NCBI RefSeq assembly: GCF_001194135.2
Contig: NC_068987.1
Location: 64,817,162 to 64,881,161, forward strand
DNA: 64,000 nt
Direction: 5' to 3'
DNA from: Octopus bimaculoides
Taxonomy: Eukaryota
The first letter of the stretch is position 1, and each line of letters starts with the position of its first letter. Below are positions 1 to 11,861 of the stretch, piece by piece. The translations under genes and the position numbers were made by a program. The notes below the pieces were generated by a model. It had not been told where the DNA came from, did no database searches, and worked only from the letters and a program-made list of their open reading frames with translations.

Positions 1-319
1 ATTTCTTTTGGTTTTCTTCCTAGATAAAGAATACGAAACAACACTACTACAACAGAAAATAATGATTTCTTAAGGCTACAAATATTTTGGGGGCGGGGAT
101 ATGAGCGAGTAAACTAGTCACAATACTTGGTTGATACTTATTTTATCAACCTTAGTAGAATGAAAAAGTAAGTTTTTATTATTTCCCTCCCCCAAATATA
201 AGGTAGGCTGTCAAACGTTTGATTGTCAGTTATAATCCTTTCCTTGCACTTACATCACTCTGACTCTGTAAATGTAGATAAATAAATTAAAGGGTGATGT
301 TGATAAATATCTTGTTGCC

Positions 320-1135
320 ACCATTTCATGAAGAGGTAGACTAAAGTACAAAAAAAAAAAAATGCTTGAGGAGTATGAGGAAAAAAATCTTAATGTTTCA
401 CAAAATGAATGACCAATACAAGGAACGTAGTAAATCACCAGCTGGGGCAAATAAGCAATATGAAATACTGCTGATATTCAATGTACTGTCAAACAAAACT
501 GCCAAAAATAATAATGCAAAAGAGTGATTATAAAAATAACTAAACCTGAGAAACACTACAATATGCAGACATCACAAACCTCTTAAATGTCCAAGAAAAT
601 TGTTACAACTGGCATTTTGTTCATGTCCATCATAAATGGTGGATGGATGAAGGTGATGTAAAACTGTGGTTGGAGAAATATGGCCATAGTGTTAAGAAGG
701 TTTTGTTGAAGAAACCAGTGTTACCAGCGTGGGATCAATTTCAAACCCCACAAAAGAGAAGCAACAAAGGAAGAAAAAAAACCCTTAAGCAATTATAAAC
801 TAAAAAGTCAATATCTCCTGCAGTTTAATATTGTAGTTACAACCATCAGACATTTCAGTCAACAAGCTATTGAAATGTTTTACACAAGAGTGGAACCTGT
901 GGATGGTTGCTGGGAATATCTGGTAAACCCCAAAAGATGACCGAAGCAACCTACAACTGCAGAAGTATGTCTGTTGGTGAAGTCATCATGAGCAACAGTC
1001 AAAGTAGACATAAAAGAATGTGAAATCTGAAATGCAATAAATGAGATTAAAGATGAACTTCTCTATGAAAATAGTGTTAAGGTAGAAACAGCTAGACATA
1101 GTGACACTGACGTAGATGGCAGCAGTGATTGATGT
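320..1135 (+). mobile_element. Decayed pogo/Tigger-type (DDE_1) transposase remnant
   Basis: Frameshifted pieces LEEYEEK, LIFNVLSNKT, HVHHKWWMDEGDVKLWLEK...LPAWDQFQ, LQPSDISVNKLLK...QEWNLWMVAG and PTTAEVCLLVKSS follow the order of pogo-family DDE motifs (GWMD, LVWDQF, LQPLDVSINKPFK, RPTIAEVC). Confidence 0.8.
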
Positions 1136-1819
1136 GTTAACAGACACTATATTTACCAGAAAGTAAACTAAACATGCTATTTCTGACATTATCAAGAAAT
1201 ATATTTCACATTAAAGGTTAGTCTTAAAGAGATAAGCTCTCTCTCTTTACCGACTTTTACTCTCTCACACACCCTTTCTTTGACTATAAAGGAGTTATGG
1301 ATGCACTACACTGCATCTCTGCAATAGTGGAGATCAGTATGGTGCCCAGGTAATCAGGACTTGGTAGTACTTTTGAAACTACTTACATAGGTAATTGAAA
1401 CATAGACATGCATTATGGTCTGTAGTGAGTATGCCTTAGTGATGTACTAAATTTTGTTTAATGCTCTAAATTAGATACCTTTACAAAATAAATCTTAGAT
1501 TATATGATCATAAATAGTCAAACACATTTTTCCAAAACCAAACATTGCTAATTATAGGGTGGTCTTATGACCTTGGGTACACAGAAACTATGAAGATTTT
1601 TGCATACATCATTCAGTACATCACCCTTTAATTTATTTAATTTCATGGCTCACTTGAGTTATTACACTTAGTTCATTTCATTTTCCATTAAATTTAAGCT
1701 ATGGACCCATGAAAAAGAATCAATAAACATGAGGTCTGTCCATAAAGAAACTGTACCTTTAAAACAGAGCACCAGCAAGGTGTTATGATAGAGTATATAC
1801 TATATATGGTGACTTTAGT

Positions 1820-2040
1820 GGAGACACATGGCTTAGTGGTTAGGGTGTTGGTCTCATGATCATAAGACTATGGTTTTAATTCCTGGATTGGGCGATGCAT
1901 TGTGTTCTTGAGCAAAACACTTTATTTCACATTGCTCCAGTCCACTCAGCTGGTAAAAATGAGTAATCCTGTTATAGACTGGCATTCCATCCAGGGAGGA
2001 ATATATACCAGAGAAACTGGCCCTATGCTCTTTATGGAGT
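1820..2040 (+). mobile_element. Decayed tRNA-derived SINE (related copies ~16795..16900 + and ~22560..22712 -)
   Basis: Head ggcttagtggttagggtgtt...aattcctgg with A/B-box-like motifs, followed by tgtgttcttgagcaaaacac shared with the other copies. Confidence 0.6.
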
Positions 2041-2199
2041 AATGTGGACTTAACAAAGGTAACTTTGACATTCTGTCTAATAACAGTTCCAGTCATATCA
2101 GTTTGTCACTGATCCACTGGTGCTAGAGATAATGTATGTTCAGTGCACGTGGTGATTTGTTGCAAGTTGAAGAATGAAGAATTTGGAAGAGTAAAGCAA

Positions 2200-4060
2200 A
2201 TATGTTTGTGTGAAATTCTGTTTCAAATTTGGAAAAACTCTTAAAAAATCTGATACCCTAAGTGGTTCACTCATAATTGCACAGTTGTTCAGGCAAAAAG
2301 CAAAACCAACAATGTCCAGCAAAATTTATCTCCCCACCCCAAATGGCATGTACCCTTACCCAGCAACACAACTGAAAGTCAACTATCCAAACTGTGTAAG
2401 ATGATTATATGATTATATATAGTACAACACTCAAGCTATCCTGCCTTCTAAACTGCAGCAGATTCTTTTGGTTCCTTGCCAAAAGGATTTCCACCAACTT
2501 TGCAGAATCCTCTTTCTCTCCATTTCACAACAATGATGGTTCTATGAGAGCAATACTCCTGCAAAGAAAGTCTCCACCTTCACTGTCTGTTTTGCAGTCA
2601 TCTCCACATTGCATGCTCCTGGCAAATCTCCTCCAATTTTATCCTTTTTCACCCTTTTATGTCTACCATCTTGTACACACACATGCCAAAAGCCAAAGTA
2701 CCTTTGGTCACTTCAAACCAACAAGGCTGCCAACCCTGACAGTGTCCAAACTTTTCACACAAACACTGGATCCCCAGAGCTAATCTCTATACTCACCAAA
2801 CTTTTCAATCTTTTCTCCTCTACAGAGGAAACATTCTCAAGAAAGGCAACTACTCTGACTCAGCTAACAATCACTTTATCACACTTCTAATATCTCTAAG
2901 GTAAGGGATGCAGCTGTTAACAATGACATCCTCCAACGTTGCTCTCTTTCTCTCCTTATTGACCACCAGCATGGTTTCTGTAAAGCCAACTCCATTTGTG
3001 ACCTACTCTCCTTTATCGCCCACCTGTAGGCTCTTCCTTTGGAGAAATTTGGTGAAAATAATATTGTCATCTGATATTTGCAAGCTTTTTTTATTGTCCA
3101 GTGCATGAATCTCCTTTCGAAATTGCCTGCCAGTGGGTTCCACCAGTCTTCCAATTTTGGGGATTGGTAGCTTTCTATCAGGTCACTATTGTAGTGTGTG
3201 TTGACAAAGGTGTAACAAAGAAGGCTTCTCTATGTATTGGAAAATAATTTGTTACAATAATGGGAAGTCCCTCATTCTATCAACTTTGGCAAGCCCCAGA
3301 ATCCAAATTTGTCCCTTACTTTCTTCCTTGACTCATTTTCCAACACCTCCAACAAAACATGCTCTTACAGATGAACCCACCTTTCATTCTTTCCTAACAT
3401 GCATCATTCACTCACAACCTAGACCTTACATAACAAATCCTCACTGATTCCATGACCAGAAACTTCAAAAAGCATCCTTCATTGACTATATACCATTCTC
3501 TTTCAAGAAAACATCATCACATCACATCCCTTTCATTATGAACGCCTGCAAAAATCACTCCAATTTGTGGTCCCACTGCCACCAAGGATTTCTTTTGACA
3601 AAAGCACATCCTTAACATAACTAGAATTGCATCCCAATGACTGGCCCTTCTCTTCAATCCCCTACACTTATTGACACTATGCTAAGCTCAGATGAGACCC
3701 ACAATAGGATATTACTCTCACATATGAGACAGTGCTACTGCACATATAAACACCCTAGACAACATCTTGAAAAAGGTTATCCAACTGATCAGCAAAAAGG
3801 CATTTATATACAAACTCCAGCTTGTAGTCCACAGGTGTGCTGACTCCTCTCTTATCACTACTATAATGGCTTTTGCTCCATGGAGCTAGTAGAGCTTATG
3901 CTACCTCTTCCTATTTTCATCACCCTTTCTGTGTGCAACTCTGCAAGTCTCACACTAATCATTATGCCACATCTTTTCTTTCCAGAATGTCAGATTTCTG
4001 GTATTCTTTCCTCGTTTATATCTTTCTTGGTCACGGGCACAATCCCTTTCTCTAGCACCA
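2200..4060 (+). mobile_element. Decayed CR1/L2-group (jockey superfamily) LINE reverse transcriptase region
   Basis: Fragments PKWFTHNC, FWFLAKRISTNFAESSFSPF, NKAANPDS...ELISILTKLFNL, LIDHQHGFCKANSICDLL, SINFGKPQ, HALTDEPT (decayed YADD) and YHYYNGFCSMEL are in canonical order with many stops and frameshifts. Confidence 0.8.
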
Positions 4061-6185
4061 GCAAAATAACAAAAAATTCAGGAGTTTATCCAGACAGCCC
4101 AGATGTCAACAGAATTATAGCAGAACTTAACCATTCTCTACAGATTCTTGAACCAAAGTTAAAAATCAGTAATTATAGAAGACAGTGCAGTGAAAGGTCT
4201 TTGATCAGATTTTGTTTCTTGAAAACATTAACTTTGCCTTTCGTCCTTTCAGGGTCGATAAAATAAAGTACCAATTGAGAGCTGGGATCGGTGTAATCGA
4301 CTAAACTCTTCCCCACAAAATTTCAGGCCTTGTACCTAAATTAGGACGGATTTTTAATGGCATTGTCTTTGAGGAAGGTATTCACGACACAATATTATTT
4401 GTATCCTGTATAAATCCAAGGGGTTGTCCCTCCTTAAGAAAATCAAAACTGATAAATATCTTTTGCAGAAGCAAAATCTAATATTTTTCTTAGCAGCAAA
4501 GAGAAAGATGGGAAGTTGAGCCAACCAAGGAGTCTCCATTCAGTCACATTGACCCGCTAAGAACAGCAACCAAATCTCCGTTATAATACACCTTACTGTC
4601 TTAGAAAAGAATTCATTGATTAATGAGTTCATAGGTTCACTGGGACTGGGGAAAAGACAGCATGGCCACGGTTGAAACGTCCTTGATCAAAAGTTTGCCC
4701 AACGAGGGCTGACTTGGAGCTAAAAAACAACAGGGGACACTAAGCCAAAGAGGCAGCCTCTGTACAGTCATTCGACCTCCAAGAAATAGTGACAAAATTC
4801 TGCTAAGCCACATCCTTCCGCCTTAAAAAATTAAAGACATTGGGAAAAATTGTTCCAAATGTACAAAAAGAGATGTCATAGCTAGAATAACTTAGATCAT
4901 AGAGCTTGCTTAGCTAGGGATGTTCTGGGGTTAAACCACAATTATGAAACGCTGAAAAATAAAAAGAAAGAGACGCTTTGATGGAATTAGGGGTAGTCGT
5001 CTATTGTGTTCAATAATAACCAAACTGAAGAGAAGGATGCGGTGACATCTATGTTTTTCTTAATTAATAAAGCACTATAAAAGCTGAATGAGGGAAGTTA
5101 TGAAAATATGGATTTATTAAACAGTCATATAAACATGCATTTAAGCAATCACATAAACATTATTAATATTACTATTAAACAATTACGTAGAAGTCTTACT
5201 GTCAGAAATGTGCAGTTAACAAAATGTATATTTACAATATTTATATCTAAATGTATCGATAAAATATTGACTCTAAAGATATGGTTAATAATACTTCAGA
5301 AAATTTATAATCTTAATAATATATGTACTAGTTAAACAATTATATACCGATACTATGAAAAGATGTTCTTAAGGGCAAAATGGTTTTGATGTTTATGTTT
5401 CTTTCTTTCTCAATAACAAACATTAAAAAGTTTTTAAAAAATAAAGAAAAATTACCATTAATTCGCTTCGTTCAGAAAATGCCGCTTTAATTAGAAGTTA
5501 ATGAACGAGTCGAGTTTGCGTAATTAATTATTGGTTCACTGAAATCAGATCCAGAATTCGATATTGTCATAAGTAGATATATATTGGTAGGTAAGAGTTT
5601 GTTGGAATATATAAAATGTTTGTAATGTTGCTATATCAACCACTTCTCGCGACGGCAAGTAGCATATAGCTATATACCCCCAGTTTTCATGTTTATAAAC
5701 CAATGTTTGTTGCTATCAATGCTAAATATTATTGCTCTTAATACATTTCGTACGTCTTACTATTTAAGTCAGCGACGAAACTTTATCAATTCATTGAGCG
5801 TTGAAAAAAATAATTGCTTGATTTTATAAAATTTCTTAACTCAGTCGAAAGTGGCGCTTCCTGAGTCGTTAACAATAAATAAGAAAGGGGAGGTAACTCA
5901 AAGTTTCTCCCTCTGTTTCAATCTTTCTCTCCCTGTCTCTGTCTCTCTTTCTCTCCCTGTTTCTGTCTCTCTTTCTCTCCTTCTCTTCATGTACCATGCC
6001 TACAGGCGTTGGCGATTATAGATCTCGATGCTAAAATATGATGATTCGTGATTTTTCTTGGGAAAGATAAGCAGTGGTTATTCGTTACCGTCGGCAGGTT
6101 TATTTACATTTTACTGTACTAGCCTCCCGCTTTCCCGAGCTTACTCTTGAGACAAACGACCTAATTAACCTTTAGTCAAGGAGAC

Positions 6186-6412
6186 TCATTCGTATTGGTT
6201 TCAAATTTTGGCACAAAGCCAGCAAATTGAGAGGAAGGGGTAAGTCGATCACATCGATCTCAGTGCTCAACTGGTACTTATTTTACCAACCCCGAAAGGA
6301 TGAAAGGTAAAGTTGACCTTGGCGGAATTTGAACTCATAACGTAAAGACGAACGAAATACCGCTAAGCATTTTGCCCGGTGTGTTAACAATTCTGTCAAC
6401 TTGCCGCCTTTG
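6186..6412 (-). mobile_element. SINE family A copy (tRNA-like head, central domain gcctttcatcctttcggggtcgataaaataagtaccag), CpGs well preserved
   Basis: Reverse complement of the ~220-bp unit repeated at 50.4-56.6 kb, with a B-box-like GAGTTCAAATTCC. Confidence 0.85.
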
Positions 6413-6414
6413 GG

Positions 6415-6817
6415 AGACTTGAGCTAAACCTAATCATTAAACGGGCCCTCCCCTCAGTTCTGGAGCCGTCAGGGTTGTTCAGAAGTGATGGAAAGAGACC
6501 AGATGGTCTTACCCTCTGTCCTTGGGNNNNNNNNNNNNNNNNNNNNNNNNNNNNNNNNNNNNNNNNNNNNNNNNNNNNNNNNNNNNNNNNNNNNNNNNNN
6601 NNNNNNNNNNNNNNNNNNNNNNNTTAGAGGTAGGTGCCTCATTTGGGATTCCATAGTCTGCGACTCCTTTGCTCCCTAACACATCCTGGATGCTGCAGTT
6701 AAGGGGAGGGTCACCACTTCTGTAGCCGAATGGAAGAAAACCTTGAAGTATCGGGACCTGACAGTGAACTATCTCTTCCAACCTGTGGCATTTGAGACGT
6801 TCGGAGGGGCTGGGCTA
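6415..6817 (+). mobile_element. CRE-like non-LTR retrotransposon fragment: restriction-like endonuclease (PD..D) domain
   Basis: [35 protein letters not shown] [N gap 6527..6623] LEGRCLIWDSIVCDSFAP*...AEWKKTLKYRDL...FQPVAFETFGG matches the KRPDG-x-PW-x-WD RLE pattern of CRE-clade elements as recalled. Confidence 0.75.
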
Positions 6818-9800
6818 CTAACTGCCAACGGTTAACGTTGTCTTGTCAACGTTGGCAGCTCGCCTCACCGAGGCGTCAGGTGATGCCCGTGAGGGCGCTT
6901 GGCTTTCCCAACGCCTTAGCCTCGCCATCACCCGTAGTAATGCTGCGAGCGGGCTGGCTTGCTTCAGTAGGTTCCGTTAAACCTTGTCGTGTGCGACTAG
7001 TTGCTGTGACGAAAAAAATTGGTAAATTTTTACAATCACCAAAAACCAAAAAATTCCCCACAATACAGTTTTAACAGAAAAATTTGGAAGAATTAGATGA
7101 AAGTTCTCCGGTAATTTTCTTTCATGTAAATAAATGTTTACGTTAATTAAAAACAAAAAAATCATATTGACATCAAAGTATATCGACTTGTGTGATATAA
7201 TGTCTAAAGTCAGACCCCCGCGTCCTGTATGTCTTTACAACCTGATCATCTTCTGCTATTTGATACGTAAGTGCCAGAGAGAGCCTAAGAGTTATGGTGG
7301 CCATACTCACCAAAATGCTTGAACAATGGAGCTGAATCTTCACCAACGGATGCAGTTTAATGTCTTATCCAGGGCATCATAGTTATTAGATGGTCAAAAG
7401 ACACGAAGCAATGAACAAGCTTCTAGGTAGTTTCTCGGTTTACTAGAAATAGTAGTTACTGTCTCTTGAGCCACATCATAATAGTTGAAAGAAATGACAT
7501 CAGAAAATATAGTTTAACAAAATTATGGGATGGTCACGAGTGGAATGTATTTAATTATAGGTCTGCTCAATCAGAAATGACTTGTGGCTAAACAACCACA
7601 GCAAAATGACATATTTCGTTTGTGTGGGAGAATATTCGTTGTTAGAAAACTCATTCTTTATCTTTTATATTTTACTTGTTTCAGACCTTGCTAGGGCATT
7701 ACCTTAAAGAGCATAGACGAATAAATCGACCCCAGTACCTGTTTTTTAAAGTATGGTACTTATTCTAATCGCCTCATTTGCCTAACGGCGTAGTTATGCA
7801 GACGTAAACAAACCAGCGCCGGTTGTGAAGCGGTGGAAGGATCAAACACAAATACATAGACACACGTACAACGCATATATACGACAGGTTTCCACATATT
7901 TTTCGTTTACCAAATTCAATTTCAAGACGTTGATTGGCTCGGGGCTATAGTAGAAGGCACTTGCCCAAAACCACATGGTTGCAAAGTGACTTATAATCAA
8001 TAAAATTACTGGATAACAAGAAATTAATGGTGCAGTTAGAAGACCCAGTTGCTACGTATGTGGTAGTTGTAGTGGATTCGATCCACAATAGCCAAATTTC
8101 ACGTAACAGTTCAACAGAACTTTTCTCATGGTGGAACAATGGTTTTTCTGTGACAGTAGTTTTACATTTACCAGATTGCCTTAGCTAGGCTGAAATAATA
8201 TCTTCACCACTTGATCCTTCTAACCTCAAAAGCTAGAATTAAGATAACAAGTACCACCAACAAACCATTGTTCTCAACGACATGCCTATCCTTCTGGATA
8301 GTTATAAAAGCAAGAACCCCCAAGCAAAAATCAGTTAGTCACTTGCTAACAACTCAGTTAGTGACAACTCGAGTAAGAGAGACCGATGATCAATTAGGGA
8401 AACGGACCACTAGAATCATGGCCACAAGCAGGCAACCGCTAAAGACAAACGGCCAGAAAAAAAAGAAAGTTTATAGTCGGCGACTATGCGAGCCAACGTC
8501 CCACACTCTCTCAGTTTTACTAACTGACTTTCTCTTCTCTGCACATTACCATATCTCTCTCTATGGTTTACTACTACAATAAGAACATACAGGCCGAAAT
8601 TAACTTTTTTACTTCGCATGCTCTAGGATTTTATCACCTGCCCGTCGAGGCAAGGTATATTCAATATAACGGTAAATAAATATTTCCTTAAAACTTCATG
8701 CATTGTTCATCTTTCATCCTTACATAATGAAGAATCTCAACCATCTACAAATATCAACCGTTTCATAGTAAAGGCGACTTGGAATTATTCTTTCCAAAAG
8801 ATGAAGGTAAATGAAAAGAAAAAGGAGAGTGACAGACAGCATTAAAAGCAGTGCTCTACGTTTAATGTGGCCACACGTATGGATGATAAATGAAAAATGG
8901 TTTGATGCGTGGAAGCCATGGTCTTCTCCTGTGCGTTGCCTCCTATCTGCTACTGGTGTGTGATGAGAGAGACTAGATCACTTCTTTACTGTCCGACGTC
9001 TTGGCGAGAAAAGAGAAAGAGATGAGTCTCTGAACCTTAATGTTGCTTATGCCCTCTATTGGCCAGCGTGTTTAAACCTGCTGTCAAGCGAGGTAACTGC
9101 ACCTACATATTCATTAAATAAATAGCATATGGTCTAAGTCATCATTTGGTCGGGTAGATGATGATAGACATCTGTTGATGCCAGTGAATCTGGATAGAAG
9201 AAAAGGTTGTTCTGCCAATTGACTTATTCAGAAGTGATGATATAAGGTGGTACCGGTGCCAGTCAGCCGTCAATGAAATTAAACTGCAAATCGATGGATT
9301 TACTTCCGAATCATAGGCACAAGAATATAACAGCCTGAGATATTCGCTAGAATAATCTCTACAACTGCGTTCCTTTGACAAAATGCTTTTCAGTGAAATC
9401 TTATGGACTTACTAAAATTGCTTGAGCGTCAGACAAAATTTCCCACAATATTTAATTACAGCTCTCTACTGTCTGGGCTCTAATCCCACCGAGGTTAACT
9501 TTGTCTTTCATCCATCTGAGGTCGATAAAACAGTCAAGCGATTGGCTATTCGTAAAATGTATCTTAGAATAATAAAATAGATTAAGAAGATTAAGCAGTG
9601 TTTATTAGCGCTATGTTTAATAACGAGTACAGTTAAAGACAATCGGATATATTTAACGGTCTTTATTGGTGTGGTTGGGCACATTAATCCTCTAAATTGA
9701 CGAGTTTTGTTTACCGTCATTCACTAGCCATAAAAGAAGCTTCAACTTCAGTAATTTTACTGACTTGTTACATATGTAACGCGCAAAAAAATTGTTGTAA

Positions 9801-9854
9801 TGCAAATAAAAGCCTGTCCTGAACTCGCTTGTAAAACGGAATGACCTACTAGTT

Positions 9855-10241
9855 TGTAGTGAACCCTGGCGGTCACATTCTGGAAGCTTCCGGTTAACGT
9901 GGAAGTCGGGGACTTCTGGTTTATCCCTTATATAGAGGAAGGAATTTCTAAATTCGTGCCATTCAGTGCCTGTTGATTCTTCGACATGCATTGGGTCAAG
10001 CCGCCAAATACATACCAGCTCGCGCACACATTCGCCTCACTTACTTGGAGATATGTGATTGCAAACGTGCGCGCAAGCTGGTGTGTATGTGGCGGCTTGA
10101 CCCAATGCATGTCGAAGAATCAACAGGCACTGAATGGCGCGAATTTAGAAATTCCTTCCTTTATATAAGGGATCAACCGGATGTCCCCAACCTCCACGTA
10201 AACCGGAAGCTTCCAAAATGTGACCGCCAGGGTTCACTACA
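9855..10241. mobile_element. 387-bp fully palindromic (foldback) MITE with TGT..ACA termini and AGTT target-site duplication
   Basis: Left arm tgtagtgaaccctggcggtcacatt... is the reverse complement of right arm ...aatgtgaccgccagggttcactaca, pairing almost to the centre (~10048). agtt flanks both sides (9851..9854, 10242..10245). Confidence 0.9.
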
Positions 10242-10318
10242 AGTTTATAACTGAAGGAAAGTTTTGTATTTATCAGTGTTTATCGGGCAGTGATGTGCTT
10301 TTATATGGACATCACAGC

Positions 10319-10349
<31 letters not shown>

Positions 10350-10596
10350 TACAGTATGTGCGCGCGCACGTAGATATATTGTAGTATGGTGTTCTTCAAT
10401 CAGAAATATGGATGTCACAAGGAATACTAGATTTATTATTAATTACAATTTCAGAGCGGCGAGCTGGCAGAACTGTTAGCATGCCGGGTAAAATCAACTT
10501 TGCCTTTCACCCTTTCAGGGTCGTTGAAATCAGTACTAGCTCCTTCAAAACTTCAAGCGTTGTGCTCTATAGTAGATATGATTATTAATTACAATT

Positions 10597-11454
10597 AAAT
10601 TTCTGGATCTTTATGATTTGACGGGCAACACTTGTTTTCTTAACGAAACACTTTCAAACTTGGGATACTGGTAGAATGTGTCATATAAAACAACTTCTTC
10701 TCTTAACCTTCTTAACAAAAAATTGTACATCGCAAGTTATTTCATGTTAAAGTTGTCGTATTTCTGTAATTTCAACCAATCACTGACGTCTATTCAGCTG
10801 AATACAGTTAGTGCTGTTCGGTGTCAAGTGTGTTATTCCCTGTTTAATTATATCATTATTCCCTAGTAAGGGTTTAGGGTTCGGGTTTTAGGGTTAGGGT
10901 TTTAGGGTTATGGTTATGAGTTATAGGGTTAGAGTTAAGGTTATGNNNNNNNNNNNNNNNNNNNNNNNNNNNNNNNNNNNNNNNNNNNNNNNNNNNNNNN
11001 NNNNNNNNNNNNNNNNNNNNNNNNNNNNNNNNNNNNNNNNNNNNNNNNNNNNNNNNNNNNNNNNNNNNNNNNNNNNNNNNNNNNNNNNNNNNNNNNNNNN
11101 NNNNNNNNNNGTCATAAATAACAGTGACAAACGAAATATATACCGCTGATAGTTGTTGTTGACAACGGATAGTTTTTGTTGACAAACAACGGCACTAATT
11201 TTATTCAAGGGAAAAATCCCGTAACACCGTTGTTTACATTCCACGGCGTAATTGTTTTCACCTCAATAGACGTCAGTGATTGGTTGAAATTACCGAAATA
11301 TGACAATTTTTTACATGAAATAACTTCGAATACAATTTTTTTTTATCTGTTCTATAACACAAAATATACAAGTATTCGAAGTTTGAAAGTGTTTCGGTAC
11401 CAAAAACATTACATAAAAAAATGTTTTCCGTCAAATCATAAAGATCCAAATTTC
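10597..11454. mobile_element. Non-autonomous element with ~200-bp inverted arms enclosing telomere-like repeats
   Basis: 10605..10800 (ggatctttatgatttgacgg...aatttcaaccaatcactgacgtctatt) is mirrored at ~11265..11447 (aatagacgtcagtgattggttgaaatt...ccgtcaaatcataaagatcc). N gap at 10946..11110. Confidence 0.8.
10869..10945 (+). repeat. Degenerate interstitial (TTAGGG)n-like repeat
   Basis: agggtttagggttcgggttttagggttagggttttagggtt..., running into the N gap. Confidence 0.8.
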
Positions 11455-11861
11455 TTACAAATCACACATTAAGGAGAGTATACTCGATTTAACCGACTTT
11501 AATACATAATTAATCAATGCTGTATTGTGCAGTGTCCTTCGTACAAACAAGTGAAGTTTTAGACATTCACTGCTTTTCACTGGTTTAAAGGACTAACGAA
11601 AGAGAAATATATCTGCCAGCGATGCACTTACTATATAAACAGAAGCAGAACTCAACTCTAGACTCTCTTTCTCTCTCTCCTTGGCAGACATCAGCTAGAG
11701 ACAGAAGTGGCCGCTGCTTATTCTTTTGTTAGTATAATCCAAGACACATTTTATTAGAATGAGATATGAATTCGCCGTATCTCGATTCCAATCGACAACA
11801 TATATTGATTTCTGATATTCTAGGAACAATTTCCAACTCACATTACACCTGACATTCACAA

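Noticed and set aside
1387-1419. 33-nt minus-strand exon candidate (tacag...gtaagt)
   Set aside because: Weak polypyrimidine tract and no recognisable peptide; consistent with chance.
1820-1890. tRNA gene
   Set aside because: A/B-box-like motifs only; no complete cloverleaf, and it continues into SINE body sequence.
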